From a virus: a stretch of DNA of 64,000 bases. The position numbers and the translations under genes were made by a program. This document shows positions 19,046 through 28,601 of this stretch, in pieces. The stretch covers positions 1 through 64,000 of IMG/VR virus record IMGVR_UViG_3300043424_000354, one strand, 5' to 3'. A model generated the notes under the pieces. That model was not told the origin of the DNA. It saw only the letters and a list, made by a program, of their open reading frames with translations, and ran no database searches. Each line of letters starts with the position of its first letter. Positions within the stretch are counted from its first letter, which is position 1.

Positions 19046-19081
19046 CGACTATGTCGCATTATGAATAATAAGCTTTAGCTG

Positions 19082-19447
19082 TCAGTTAAGTAAGTTCTTA
19101 TCCTTGAGCAGTGCTGCTCTGATCGTCTCCAGATCCATATCCAAATCTTCGGGGGGATCCTCGTCTGACAAAGACGGACCTGAGATATATCTGTTGTATT
19201 GTTCTAAAAGATTCTTCTTCAATGTGCAGATCGTAACAATTTCACAAGTCGGGATAAGGAATTTTTTCTCATCAGAGATACCAATCCAAGGTTTCAGTAG
19301 AAACGTTTCGCCCATCATATCGTTCTGCATGACAGGGTATGGCACAACTGCGATTGGGTTCTCTATCCACAGAGACTCTTCATTGTTATTGCGCAAGACT
19401 CCAATGACAAGTTCGCCATTGTTAAATTTAATTACCTTTGGTTCCAT
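19082..19447 (-). CDS. Conserved hypothetical protein downstream of uvsW (Sm-like)
   Basis: IKFNNGELVIG...LKPWI pattern. Confidence 0.6.
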   Translation of the reverse strand: MEPKVIKFNNGELVIGVLRNNNEESLWIENPIAVVPYPVMQNDMMGETFLLKPWIGISDEKKFLIPTCEIVTICTLKKNLLEQYNRYISGPSLSDEDPPEDLDMDLETIRAALLKDKNLLN

Positions 19448-20927
19448 CAGTTGGGATCCTCACCAGTTTATATTTAAAACCTTCTTCATTGTATAATTTG
19501 ATTCTCTCTATCATATGCTGTAGAGTATAATTCTTTCGACTTTTCCAAGTCAGATCGTCGCCAATATCAAACAAACGGCAGGAAGTCTTATCGTTACCCT
19601 TACGTAATCCTCTACCAATCGACTGGAGATTTCTTATCCTAGATTTCGACGGAGAAGCGAATATAACATTATGCAGATTTCTTATATTTATTCCCGTTGA
19701 AAAGGTGCCATACGAAGCAATAATAATCGCATCGCTTTGTTGTTCGGTAATCTCACGAACCTTTTCTCTTTGCTGAGTATCAGTTCCGCCATGAACAAAG
19801 AAGACGTGTCGCTTTTCACCAACCTTCTGGTTGATCAGATCGTATAGCACAGCACCATGCTTCTCGACAAACTGAAACAGAACTAGGGTGTTGCCCTTCT
19901 GCGTAGTTGCCAGATTTTTAATGATGGTGTTTCGTTTCTGATGCGTTACCAACCAGTCCATTTCTTCCTGATAGGTATACTTTGTCAGCGCCTTCTTTTC
20001 TTCATCGGTATAATCGAGAACGAGGCAATGAATATCAAGATCTGCGACCGATCCTTGGTCCATGAGTTCTTTGGTGGAGATTACCTTGTGAACTTTACCG
20101 AACAAACCTTCGAGAATCAACTTGTGTGTTTTAGTTCCGTCGAGGGTTCCTGTTGTTCCGATCCGGAACTTAGTTTTGGTGCACTTATTGAAGATTGATG
20201 TTAGGGATTTCGCTTTGAAAAGATGCGCTTCATCCCCGTAAATGACATCAAACTCGTCAAAAAATTTCTTAGGTAATTTGTAGATTGACTGCCATGTTGA
20301 TATTGTAATGGGATACTCATTCGACTTCTCGAACCCTGAATAGATTCTCGCACAATTGTAACTTGCTTTCCAGTCTGTTTCGGAGGCATAATCTTGGAAG
20401 TCCTTATACATTTGTTCAACCAGAGATGTGGTGGGAACAATGATTAATTGCTTGCGCCCAAACTGTTGGTGGTAGCGCATTAGTAGATAGATGATCAGGG
20501 ATTTACCAGAGGCAGTTGGTGAGAGTAGCAGAGTGCGTCCGATGCGTATCGCATACTTGACAGCGTCTAACTGGTAGTCTCGCGTCTCGATCGGACTGCC
20601 CTGTGAGTGTAGATTCAGCGACTCGGCAAATTTTACAAGATCGTCTAGATTAATCGGATCGCCGATTCTTTCCATCTGAACATCCATCTTGTAGTCAAGA
20701 CGTTCAGCAAATTCTCTTAGATATGGGAGTAGACCAACATAAAGTTCTTTGGTCCACATATTGAATAGTCGCGCTTTACCATCCCAAAGTTTAGCACGGT
20801 AAGTAGGCATAAATCTAGCACCAGGAACCTCGAAGGTGAAGTAATCGTTTAATTCTTGCGCAATGCTTGGATCGCACTCGACGTTCAAATATACTTCATC
20901 TTTTTTGGTAACTGTTAGATCGCTCAC
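19428..20927 (-). CDS. uvsW: DNA helicase UvsW
   Basis: RDYQ, SPTASGKS, DEAH, QSIGRGLR. The GTG start overlaps the uvsY stop. Confidence 0.96.
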   Translation of the reverse strand: MSDLTVTKKDEVYLNVECDPSIAQELNDYFTFEVPGARFMPTYRAKLWDGKARLFNMWTKELYVGLLPYLREFAERLDYKMDVQMERIGDPINLDDLVKFAESLNLHSQGSPIETRDYQLDAVKYAIRIGRTLLLSPTASGKSLIIYLLMRYHQQFGRKQLIIVPTTSLVEQMYKDFQDYASETDWKASYNCARIYSGFEKSNEYPITISTWQSIYKLPKKFFDEFDVIYGDEAHLFKAKSLTSIFNKCTKTKFRIGTTGTLDGTKTHKLILEGLFGKVHKVISTKELMDQGSVADLDIHCLVLDYTDEEKKALTKYTYQEEMDWLVTHQKRNTIIKNLATTQKGNTLVLFQFVEKHGAVLYDLINQKVGEKRHVFFVHGGTDTQQREKVREITEQQSDAIIIASYGTFSTGINIRNLHNVIFASPSKSRIRNLQSIGRGLRKGNDKTSCRLFDIGDDLTWKSRKNYTLQHMIERIKLYNEEGFKYKLVRIPTDGTKGN

Positions 20928-21364
20928 ATTAACCCATTTGTAAATTTGGTCCACTCGATAGCAGACTTAATGTCCCATGTCCTACTATTTAGTGACCGCA
21001 GAATTTGCTCTAATTGATATAGAACTGCCTTGACGTAATCAATCTTGTCTTGAATCTTGATTAGATCGTCATCGCATTGAAGAACATCATCCATCTCATT
21101 CTTGAGCGGTTTCAATCCTTGGTATTGATTCCATCCCCATTCTTCAAGTTCTTCCCGAGTAAGTTCGCCCTTGTAGTATCTAAGTTTAGTCTTACGCATG
21201 CGGAAGTAATCTGCCTCTGTCTTACGCAACTGCAACTTGGCATTGGTAAGCAGGTTCAAATATTTTGCGTGTAGTTCTGGGGTTTTGGTGGATTCTGGAC
21301 CAAGATTTAATTGATCAATCTTGCAGTCTTTCGCCCACAACTCTTGGATTTCAGATAATTTCAT
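20924..21364 (-). CDS. uvsY: Recombination mediator UvsY
   Basis: LHAKYL, YYKGE, RTWDIKSAIEWTKF. Confidence 0.92.
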   Translation of the reverse strand: MKLSEIQELWAKDCKIDQLNLGPESTKTPELHAKYLNLLTNAKLQLRKTEADYFRMRKTKLRYYKGELTREELEEWGWNQYQGLKPLKNEMDDVLQCDDDLIKIQDKIDYVKAVLYQLEQILRSLNSRTWDIKSAIEWTKFTNGLM

Positions 21365-21390
21365 ATGCCCTCACTAGAAAAAATAATATA

Positions 21391-21419
21391 ACTATACCGT
21401 GTTTTTTGACAAAAGTCAA
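21391..21419 (-). promoter_or_regulatory. sigma70-type promoter for uvsY-uvsW
   Basis: TTGACT-N17-TATAGT. Confidence 0.7.
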
Positions 21420-21422
21420 TAC

Positions 21423-22007
21423 TTAAAGTGCTTCTACCGTATAATGACGATATTTAAATGCGGCAATCCCGACCAAGAAGTCTGCTCTACCAGAACTGAT
21501 GTCAAAGTCCAGTCCTTCTAGACTGACAGGGAACACATCATAGTATGTAATCTTTACGTTTGGATTATTATCAGAGTCGAGAATAAAGAAGTCTGCGTCC
21601 GAGAAGTTTCCTAGAGCACCAAGACGTTTGTCTGAGATAGCAGGGAATCTATAACGTTGTGACTCGTTCCAGTTTTTATACTGATCATGATTCTCTGGGA
21701 ACCCAAGACCAATTAACCAATTATATAATTCGAGATAGTTACTCATGTTCTCTTGAACGAGGAAACGAATAACCAGATCACCATAAGTTAGTTTATCACC
21801 AGGATATGGGATATCGGATAGCGGTGTTGCAACTGTAGGCGAACCCATTTGAATTGCTGGGATATTCGCTGCCTGACAGAAATAAGAAACGTTTGGTAGG
21901 TTGTGAATCTGGAATTTAAATCCATTGGGTTTCAGATAATCGAGATCGCTTGGTTGCTGATTCGACCAATTCGCCTCTGTAACGCCAAGTTCTGTTTTTA
22001 GTACCAT
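21423..22007 (-). CDS. 3: Tail completion / sheath stabilizer gp3
   Basis: YFCQAANIP, PGDKLTY, FLVQENMSNYLELYNW, FPVSL. Confidence 0.88.
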   Translation of the reverse strand: MVLKTELGVTEANWSNQQPSDLDYLKPNGFKFQIHNLPNVSYFCQAANIPAIQMGSPTVATPLSDIPYPGDKLTYGDLVIRFLVQENMSNYLELYNWLIGLGFPENHDQYKNWNESQRYRFPAISDKRLGALGNFSDADFFILDSDNNPNVKITYYDVFPVSLEGLDFDISSGRADFLVGIAAFKYRHYTVEAL

Positions 22008-22028
22008 AGGATCCTCTTAGTTTCCTAC

Positions 22029-22036
22029 TATTTATA
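22029..22036 (-). promoter_or_regulatory. T4 late promoter for gp3
   Basis: TATAAATA. Confidence 0.8.
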
Positions 22037-22039
22037 ATG

Positions 22040-22069
22040 AAAATGGGGAGAGCATTTCTGCTCCCCCCA
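22040..22069 (-). terminator. Intrinsic terminator after gp23
   Basis: TGGGGGGAGCA-GAAA-TGCTCTCCCCA followed by TTTT; a second hairpin at about 22081-22102. Confidence 0.8.
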
Positions 22070-22107
22070 GTTTCTTAGCAACCCTCTCTCTAATGGAGAG
22101 GTATCGA

Positions 22108-23409
22108 TTACATAAGGTTAGTAACCTTAACGCGACGATAGTATTGGTTGCGGTTAGCAGTGAACGTATCAGCGTCAGTTGTACCGTTCGACTGAGTTAC
22201 GAATGGGTTAGCGATCATACCGTAACGAGTCTTGAAACCAATTTTTGGTTGGAAGGTGTTAGGATCGATAGCACGAACCATTTGTAGTGGAACGTATGGG
22301 CAGTAGAAGATACCTGCGTCATAAGCATTCGAACCCTTATAACCAACAACATAGAACTGCGATGCAGCGCCAGTGTTTGCTGAGTAAGGATCGATGAATA
22401 CCTTGTAACGACCGTTCAGAGTACCAGCGAAGGTGTTACCTGTGTCGTCCGAAGACAGAGTTGGCGAACCAGAAAGCGCACCACCTGTGTCAAGCATACC
22501 TGCCATTGCAAGAGCAGCAGCAACGTCTGACGAACAGATAATGAAGTTACCCTTACCACGACGAGTGTCTTGAGCGATTACGTTAGCGTCACGTTCAATG
22601 TTGAACAGAAGACCCTTGAAACGCTCAACCGACCAACGACCGTTTGAGTCAACGTCAAGGTCGAAAGTACCAGCAGTTGCAGTCGATGCTGCACCAGGTT
22701 TAGCAACCTTGTAGATTGTGCGGATAACTTCGCGGTTGATTTCAGCAAGAATTTCTTGTGAAAGGATGTTCGAGAGTTCTGACTCAGCGTCAAGACCGTG
22801 AATTGCCTTGAGATCCTGTGCCAGTTCGACTGTGTATTCTGCCTTCAGCGCACGTGTCTTAGCAGTTACAGTTGTCTTTTCGATGCTGAATGCCATTTCG
22901 TTGAAGTCAGTGCCCGAAGGATCACCAAGTGCTTCAGCGTCTGCAGTAGCAATACCAGTACCAGTTGTGTAAGAACCGTCAACTGGGTTTGAACCAGCGT
23001 GAGTTCCTGTACCCGAGAAGTCGGTGTCTGCTTCGTTGAAGAGTGCTTCTGTGCCGTTCATAGCAGCATAGCGCGACTTCATTGCGAAGATAAGACCAGT
23101 TGGACCAGTCATAGGTTGAACGCCAGCAACGTCGTATGCCATTAGGTTTGGCAGCGCACGACGAACGAGCGAGATTAGGATTGGGTCGTAGCGGTCAAGA
23201 TTGTCAGCACCACCAGTGGTTGCTTGAGCAATGTTGTTTGCTGCTGGGGTTGTTTCCCAAAGAGCCGAACGCTCTTCACGGAGTGCCTTTTCTTGGTTTT
23301 CAAGAACTACTGCTGTAACCGAACGGCGATAGTTGTCCTTGATTTCACCAAGACCTTCATGATTGAGAACAGGTTCCCACTTCTTTGTTAATTGTTCTGA
23401 AAGAAACAT
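22108..23409 (-). CDS. 23: Major capsid protein gp23
   Basis: GVQPMTGPTGLIFAM, RALKAEYTVELAQDLKAIHGLDAE, FYCPYVPL, FQPKIGFKTRYG. Confidence 0.98.
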   Translation of the reverse strand: MFLSEQLTKKWEPVLNHEGLGEIKDNYRRSVTAVVLENQEKALREERSALWETTPAANNIAQATTGGADNLDRYDPILISLVRRALPNLMAYDVAGVQPMTGPTGLIFAMKSRYAAMNGTEALFNEADTDFSGTGTHAGSNPVDGSYTTGTGIATADAEALGDPSGTDFNEMAFSIEKTTVTAKTRALKAEYTVELAQDLKAIHGLDAESELSNILSQEILAEINREVIRTIYKVAKPGAASTATAGTFDLDVDSNGRWSVERFKGLLFNIERDANVIAQDTRRGKGNFIICSSDVAAALAMAGMLDTGGALSGSPTLSSDDTGNTFAGTLNGRYKVFIDPYSANTGAASQFYVVGYKGSNAYDAGIFYCPYVPLQMVRAIDPNTFQPKIGFKTRYGMIANPFVTQSNGTTDADTFTANRNQYYRRVKVTNLM

Positions 23410-23441
23410 TTAGTTTTCTCCTCTAAGGTGTTCAATAGATT

Positions 23442-23449
23442 TATTTATA
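23442..23449 (-). promoter_or_regulatory. T4 late promoter for gp23
   Basis: TATAAATA. Confidence 0.85.
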
Positions 23450-23454
23450 ATAAA

Positions 23455-24651
23455 TTACTTTTTAGCAGCAAGTTGGTCCAATGCACGGACATACTGACTG
23501 ACTGTTGATCCTTCGATGAACTCGTTGTCAACTCCATCGTCAAATTTATCTTCGGAAAGTGTTCTGTTCTTAGGGAAATAATTTTCCTTAATTACGTTTA
23601 GTTTTTCTTCGAAGATATCTGCATTCTCGAATTCTACATCAGCGACCAAAGATTTGAACTTTTCTGCGTCTGTCTTTGCGAGGTCTTCGACCACTACAGA
23701 GAAAACGCTTTCTTTCATAAGTTCGGTATTGGCATCGTGCAGTTCTACATTTGCAGCGATTGTTTCATCCAGTTTCGACGCAAGTTCGTCGATCTGGGTT
23801 TGCATTTCACCAAGAACATCATATTTTTCTTCGGGAACATCAATATAATGTTCCGCGAAAAGGTTTTTCATGCCTTCGATAAACGACTCAGTGACATCAG
23901 CACGGAGACCGTTTTCTACAGCAAGTTGGTTTTCCTCAATCCAATTTTCAATTACATAACCGAGATAGGAATCTACCTTCTCGACGAGTTCTGACTTATA
24001 TTCTTCCATCAATTCAGCAGCTTCTTCAACCAGACGGTCTTCGATGATTGCTACTTCATTGCTTACTCTTGCAACAACCATTGCTTCAAAAAGCGATGAT
24101 GCTTTGTTGCGGAAATCTTCTGTGAGATCTTCGTTACCGTCGAACAGAGTTGCGAGGTCGGTAGCGAATGATTCTTCTAGATCTTCATCTTCGTCTTCAT
24201 CTTCGAAGTCGTCTTCTAGATCTTCATCTTCTTCTGGGTCATATTCTTCTTGATGAACATTGCCCTTTGACGATGCCTGATTAACAACTGATGTTGGATC
24301 AGCAACAGTAGTGAAGTTTGGAGCAGCACCAGCACCACCTTGCGATAGTGTTCCTTGGTTGCTTCCCTTTACAGCACCAGCTTCTTTAGCACCTGGATTT
24401 TCTGTCTTGTCATCACGTTCGCTATCGATAGATGCATCTTGCGATGAACCCTGACGTGGATTAGTTGCATCGCCAGCAATCTTTGCTGGGATCGAAGAAT
24501 CCTTACCCTTTGCTGCGCCCATTGCACCAGCAGCAGGACTTGCTTGTGATGAACCCTGCATAGGATTGGTTGCGTCACCTGCTTCGGCAACAACACCCTC
24601 GGATAGTTGCTTCTTAGTCAGCAACTCTCTGATTTTGTTCTCTACACTCAT
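23455..24651 (-). CDS. 22: Prohead core scaffold gp22
   Basis: FRNKASSLFEA, VDSYLGYVIENW, IKENYF; position upstream of gp23. Confidence 0.92.
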   Translation of the reverse strand: MSVENKIRELLTKKQLSEGVVAEAGDATNPMQGSSQASPAAGAMGAAKGKDSSIPAKIAGDATNPRQGSSQDASIDSERDDKTENPGAKEAGAVKGSNQGTLSQGGAGAAPNFTTVADPTSVVNQASSKGNVHQEEYDPEEDEDLEDDFEDEDEDEDLEESFATDLATLFDGNEDLTEDFRNKASSLFEAMVVARVSNEVAIIEDRLVEEAAELMEEYKSELVEKVDSYLGYVIENWIEENQLAVENGLRADVTESFIEGMKNLFAEHYIDVPEEKYDVLGEMQTQIDELASKLDETIAANVELHDANTELMKESVFSVVVEDLAKTDAEKFKSLVADVEFENADIFEEKLNVIKENYFPKNRTLSEDKFDDGVDNEFIEGSTVSQYVRALDQLAAKK

Positions 24652-24681
24652 TTGCTTCTCCTAAAAGTCGAGATTATATGA

Positions 24682-24689
24682 TATTTATA
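24682..24689 (-). promoter_or_regulatory. T4 late promoter for gp22
   Basis: TATAAATA. Confidence 0.8.
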
Positions 24690-25353
24690 AAAACTTTGTT
24701 TTGCGTGAAACGCGATTCAGGAAAGATTCGAATACTGCAAGTTTCGCTTCTTCCAATTCTTTTTTGGTTGCTTTCTTAATATAACGCTTAGACATATCGC
24801 ATGCTTGCTCTGTCCAAACACCATTTACAACAACCCATTCTTTATTTTCCATGATGCCCTGAACAAACGCATCAGGAGCAGAAGGATCTGCTACGATATC
24901 GGCAGCAGTAGCAAGATAGAAATCGCTCTGCACTTCATTGATACCATCTTTGTTCGCTTTCAGTGTTCCCATACCACGGGAAGAAACACCAAGTTTAGCA
25001 CCACCTTCAATCAGACCCTTAGCAATATTACCCATTGGTGTATCCATAAGTTTTGCCTTACCAATATAGTTGTCTCCATCTTCTCTGAGAGAAACAATCA
25101 TATGGGAAACACGATCTAGATTAATCGATGGACCATCTGGGTGACCGAGTTCTCCGAGCGCACGATTTGACTTGACATAACTTTCGTTGTATCTGTCGAC
25201 TTCTTTCTGCATAATCTCCTTTGGATAAACACGCCCATTGCGGTTTTGGAGATTTGACTGGAGGAAGATACCTTCGATAAAGTGTGTCTTCTTACCGTTT
25301 GTTTCTTCGGTAAGGATGTTGATGTCTTCAACGACTTCAGTAATTAGTTTCAT
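24685..25353 (-). CDS. 21: Prohead protease gp21
   Basis: NRNGRVY, ALGELGHP, GVSSRGMG, DIVADPSAPDA. Confidence 0.96.
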   Translation of the reverse strand: MKLITEVVEDINILTEETNGKKTHFIEGIFLQSNLQNRNGRVYPKEIMQKEVDRYNESYVKSNRALGELGHPDGPSINLDRVSHMIVSLREDGDNYIGKAKLMDTPMGNIAKGLIEGGAKLGVSSRGMGTLKANKDGINEVQSDFYLATAADIVADPSAPDAFVQGIMENKEWVVVNGVWTEQACDMSKRYIKKATKKELEEAKLAVFESFLNRVSRKTKFL

Positions 25354-25730
25354 TATCCTAGATCTCCTTGGTTCTGGTGGGACTGAGGACCATAACCAGA
25401 GACCTTAGCAAGTTCGAGAACTACTGCTCCAGTTCCTGAAGAAAAATCGACAACAATGTCTGATTCATTTTCTTCATTGTCGGACCATCCCATAAATTCC
25501 ATCTTACCAGTTCCGGAAAGGTAATAAAGAACTACACTATTTCTAGTGACAGTTGCAGTAGAACCTACTGACAGCGCCCAGTGAATGGTGCGAATATTCG
25601 CCTTTGGTGAAGACTGAGTTTCTGAAGATTTCTTCAGATCAGTTGCAAGCGCAATGGTAGCGGATCCTGTGCCACGCACCTTTACCACACCATGGACCTG
25701 TGTTAGTTTTAGAACCGCTTTAGTCGCCAT
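25353..25730 (-). CDS. Hypothetical virion protein
   Basis: Lies within the head operon; beta-rich composition. Confidence 0.55.
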   Translation of the reverse strand: MATKAVLKLTQVHGVVKVRGTGSATIALATDLKKSSETQSSPKANIRTIHWALSVGSTATVTRNSVVLYYLSGTGKMEFMGWSDNEENESDIVVDFSSGTGAVVLELAKVSGYGPQSHQNQGDLG

Positions 25731-25740
25731 TTGTTAATCC

Positions 25741-26256
25741 TTACTGGTATCTTGCTTTCTTTGCATTACGCAAAACTTTGAAATCGTGTCCATCAATTTT
25801 ACCATTCTTATTGGCATCAATCTTGTGTTGATTGCCCTTTAGTTCTTCGTCGGTCTGCTCGATCTCTTCAGTCTTCAGACTTTCGCCACGTTTGACAAGT
25901 TGCTTGCCAGACATGTTAGCACCCTTTGATCTTTTACGAAGTGTCTTGGTGTCCTTCTGATCCTTCGACCAATCACCACCACCCATCTTCATCTTGTCGA
26001 CGATAGCATTACCTTGAGCACGTGCTTTCTTGCGGTAACCTTTAAGTGTGTCGGTTGAAAGTTCTTCAAGTTCTTCTACTTCTTCCTTGACACCACGATC
26101 TGCTTCTAACTTGGCAGCGATTGCCATCTGACGACGCTTCTCTGCGCTCTTACCCTGGAATTGGGGCGCATCAGAATCCTGGAAATCCTTAATCACATCG
26201 CCCATTTTTGTCTTGGCGATATTAATTCTTTCTAGTAATTCCTTATAAGTCAGCAT
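25741..26256 (-). CDS. Prohead core / internal head protein
   Basis: N-terminus MLTYKELLE resembles the capsid-targeting sequence; ELEELS motifs; lies between gp20 and gp21. Confidence 0.65.
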   Translation of the reverse strand: MLTYKELLERINIAKTKMGDVIKDFQDSDAPQFQGKSAEKRRQMAIAAKLEADRGVKEEVEELEELSTDTLKGYRKKARAQGNAIVDKMKMGGGDWSKDQKDTKTLRKRSKGANMSGKQLVKRGESLKTEEIEQTDEELKGNQHKIDANKNGKIDGHDFKVLRNAKKARYQ

Positions 26257-26479
26257 CGTCTTCTCCTGCGTCTTCTAATGTATCGTCTTCGGAATCGTCT
26301 TCGAACTGATCATCTTCATCATCTTGCGGATTGCCAAACATATTTGATGCTACGGTTTCCCTATGAGCATCTAATGCTGCACCTGCTTTTAGATCCATAA
26401 TATCATTAAAAACTTGTTCTGCGTCCGCTAGTGTTCCGTTTTCGATATTATTTATTAAGTCTGCTACACTCTGTGTCAT
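26243..26479 (-). CDS. Prohead core protein, gp67-like
   Basis: Small acidic protein directly downstream of the portal gene. Confidence 0.65.
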   Translation of the reverse strand: MTQSVADLINNIENGTLADAEQVFNDIMDLKAGAALDAHRETVASNMFGNPQDDEDDQFEDDSEDDTLEDAGEDDADL

Positions 26480-26480
26480 A

Positions 26481-28031
26481 TTATTGTCCTTGTTGATTGT
26501 CTACTGGTTGTTGATTATCTGGTTGCAGTGATGAAAAATCAGCAGGTGGAACCTCAGGCGGACTCGCTTCGTTCTCTGCTTCAATTTCAGCAATTTCATC
26601 ATCTGTCAACTTTAGGATATGCTTCTGAACATATTCCTTACTATACAATGAACCAATATAGTTTGCCATACCGTTAAGAATTTCAATACGAGATTGAAGA
26701 ATCTGTTGTTCTTTTGATTCAGTGTAGAATGCATCGGTCGCATATCTATACTGAATGTTGTCTCTAATCTTATCCCAATCATCCTCTGTGATAATACCCT
26801 TCAGTATTAACTGAGTCTTAAGGAGATCGTCAAACAATAGTGAGAAACGACGACGCAACTTAGCAATGAACTTGGTGAACTTCCATTCGTCGCGATTGAT
26901 TTCCGCCGCACGACCAAAGTTTAAACCAGACTGCTGTTGTAGTCTCGAGATAGGAACGTTCAACGCTTGATATAGTTTACGTTGGAAGAATTCTACGTCT
27001 TGGATCTGACCAAGATTTTCTCCACCAGGAAGTGTTTCAATCTGAGTGCCACGACCACCTTCACGGCGAGGCAACCAGAAGTCTTCAAGCATCGACATAA
27101 ATTTCTTGTCGTCGCGGATTTCACCAGTGTTAGAATCATAAACGATCTTGTTACGATACTGGTTCATAATACCCTTGAGGTATTGTTCCGCTTTGATTTT
27201 TGGAAGATTACCAACGTCAACGTAAAACACTCTACGCTCTGGAGCACGAGTAATACGATAAATGACCAGTGCGTTTTCCATCATACGCAACTGGTTAGCA
27301 GGACGAATTGCCTTATGTAAGTATGATAGACCAACGTTCTTATCCTGATCAACAAGACCAGAAGGAACATGGCATATAGCGTCCTTAGTAATCTTCAGCA
27401 TATTTGAAGTGCTGGAATAATCATTGACATTTGCTGTCTTCTGATTTACTACACCCTTTTCATTGTAAAGGAAGTATTCTTCAACCTTCTTAATGAAATC
27501 TACGCCAGACTTGGTTTCTTTTTCCTTGATAATCTCACGAACCTTTTTAATCTTTCGTGGATCGATGTAACGAACATCAGTAATACCCTGTTTAGGATTT
27601 GCCGTGTCAATAACTTTATGGAAGAAAAGTCTGCCGTCGATATACCAACGGCGGAAGTAGTCTTGCGCTCTGAGTTTAAAATCAAGAACTCTAAGGATTT
27701 CTTCGAATTCTCTCTCAATGTCTTTCTTAATTCCAGCGGAAAGTTTTACTTCATCGAGATTAATTTTGATTGGATCTTCATCATCAAGATTGGAAATTGA
27801 ATCATTAACAATGTCATCAATTGCTGTGTCGACATCTGCCATACCAGCAATGTCGCGGTAGCGTCTGATCAATTCTTGTTCGGTGCTGGCAGTTCCATCT
27901 AGATCTAGATATGTACCGTAGTAACCACCTGCTTTAATCGCATCTGTGCCACCATCGTCTGTCGGAGCCACGAACGATTTTTCCGTTGGTGGCTCCGAAG
28001 ACCTCGTAATCTTATAACCAAAAATTTCCAT
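26481..28031 (-). CDS. 20: Portal protein gp20
   Basis: WYIDGR, IYRITRAPERRVFYVDVGNLPK, EDFWLPRREGGRGT. Confidence 0.98.
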   Translation of the reverse strand: MEIFGYKITRSSEPPTEKSFVAPTDDGGTDAIKAGGYYGTYLDLDGTASTEQELIRRYRDIAGMADVDTAIDDIVNDSISNLDDEDPIKINLDEVKLSAGIKKDIEREFEEILRVLDFKLRAQDYFRRWYIDGRLFFHKVIDTANPKQGITDVRYIDPRKIKKVREIIKEKETKSGVDFIKKVEEYFLYNEKGVVNQKTANVNDYSSTSNMLKITKDAICHVPSGLVDQDKNVGLSYLHKAIRPANQLRMMENALVIYRITRAPERRVFYVDVGNLPKIKAEQYLKGIMNQYRNKIVYDSNTGEIRDDKKFMSMLEDFWLPRREGGRGTQIETLPGGENLGQIQDVEFFQRKLYQALNVPISRLQQQSGLNFGRAAEINRDEWKFTKFIAKLRRRFSLLFDDLLKTQLILKGIITEDDWDKIRDNIQYRYATDAFYTESKEQQILQSRIEILNGMANYIGSLYSKEYVQKHILKLTDDEIAEIEAENEASPPEVPPADFSSLQPDNQQPVDNQQGQ

Positions 28032-28046
28032 TATATCAAATTACTC

Positions 28047-28565
28047 TTACAGGGTGTTTGTTAGGTAGTGAGAGTAGTTGAAGGTTACTGTGAACTCTTC
28101 AATTACATCGTTCTGACCATATTGTAGAGCAATTTCTGACATGTTGATTGGGAACGAGTTATACAGGGTGTATTCCATCAGAACTTCGTCGTTACGATCA
28201 AGATGCTGGACAAGGATGTCTGCTTGATAGTCTGTTGGAGATAGAACACCTGTATTCAATTCCAGATCATTCATTCCGTTCATCCACTCTTCGAATGGTT
28301 TACGGAGTGACATTTCAGTATCGTTTACAATAGTGATTGTCCAAGGATCGAAGATACGCTCGCCAGCAAGTTTGACTTCGCGACCACGATATTGAACGAG
28401 AGTTGGGTTTACTGTTGATGCAGGAAGAGCAGCGCCAGTAACCAGCAGCGAGTATTCTCTATCAGGAACAGATGTTACATATCCTGGGAAGTTGAGAAGT
28501 ACGCGGAATTGGTTTGGACGAGCACCACCAGCACCTAGTAACCCTTTAAACTTTGAAATATCCAT
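28047..28565 (-). CDS. 19: Tail tube protein gp19
   Basis: GARPNQF, YRGREVKLAGER, WTITIVND, IEEFTVTF. Confidence 0.96.
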   Translation of the reverse strand: MDISKFKGLLGAGGARPNQFRVLLNFPGYVTSVPDREYSLLVTGAALPASTVNPTLVQYRGREVKLAGERIFDPWTITIVNDTEMSLRKPFEEWMNGMNDLELNTGVLSPTDYQADILVQHLDRNDEVLMEYTLYNSFPINMSEIALQYGQNDVIEEFTVTFNYSHYLTNTL

Positions 28566-28586
28566 ATTAGATTTCTCCTATAATTC

Positions 28587-28594
28587 TATTTATT
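28587..28594 (-). promoter_or_regulatory. Late-promoter variant for gp19
   Basis: AATAAATA (one mismatch to consensus). Confidence 0.55.
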
Positions 28595-28601
28595 CGGGTT
28601 A

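Noticed and set aside
25770-25830. EF-hand-like DANKNGKIDGHD in the head protein
   Set aside because: It is a single loop without a paired hand, which is not enough to call calcium binding
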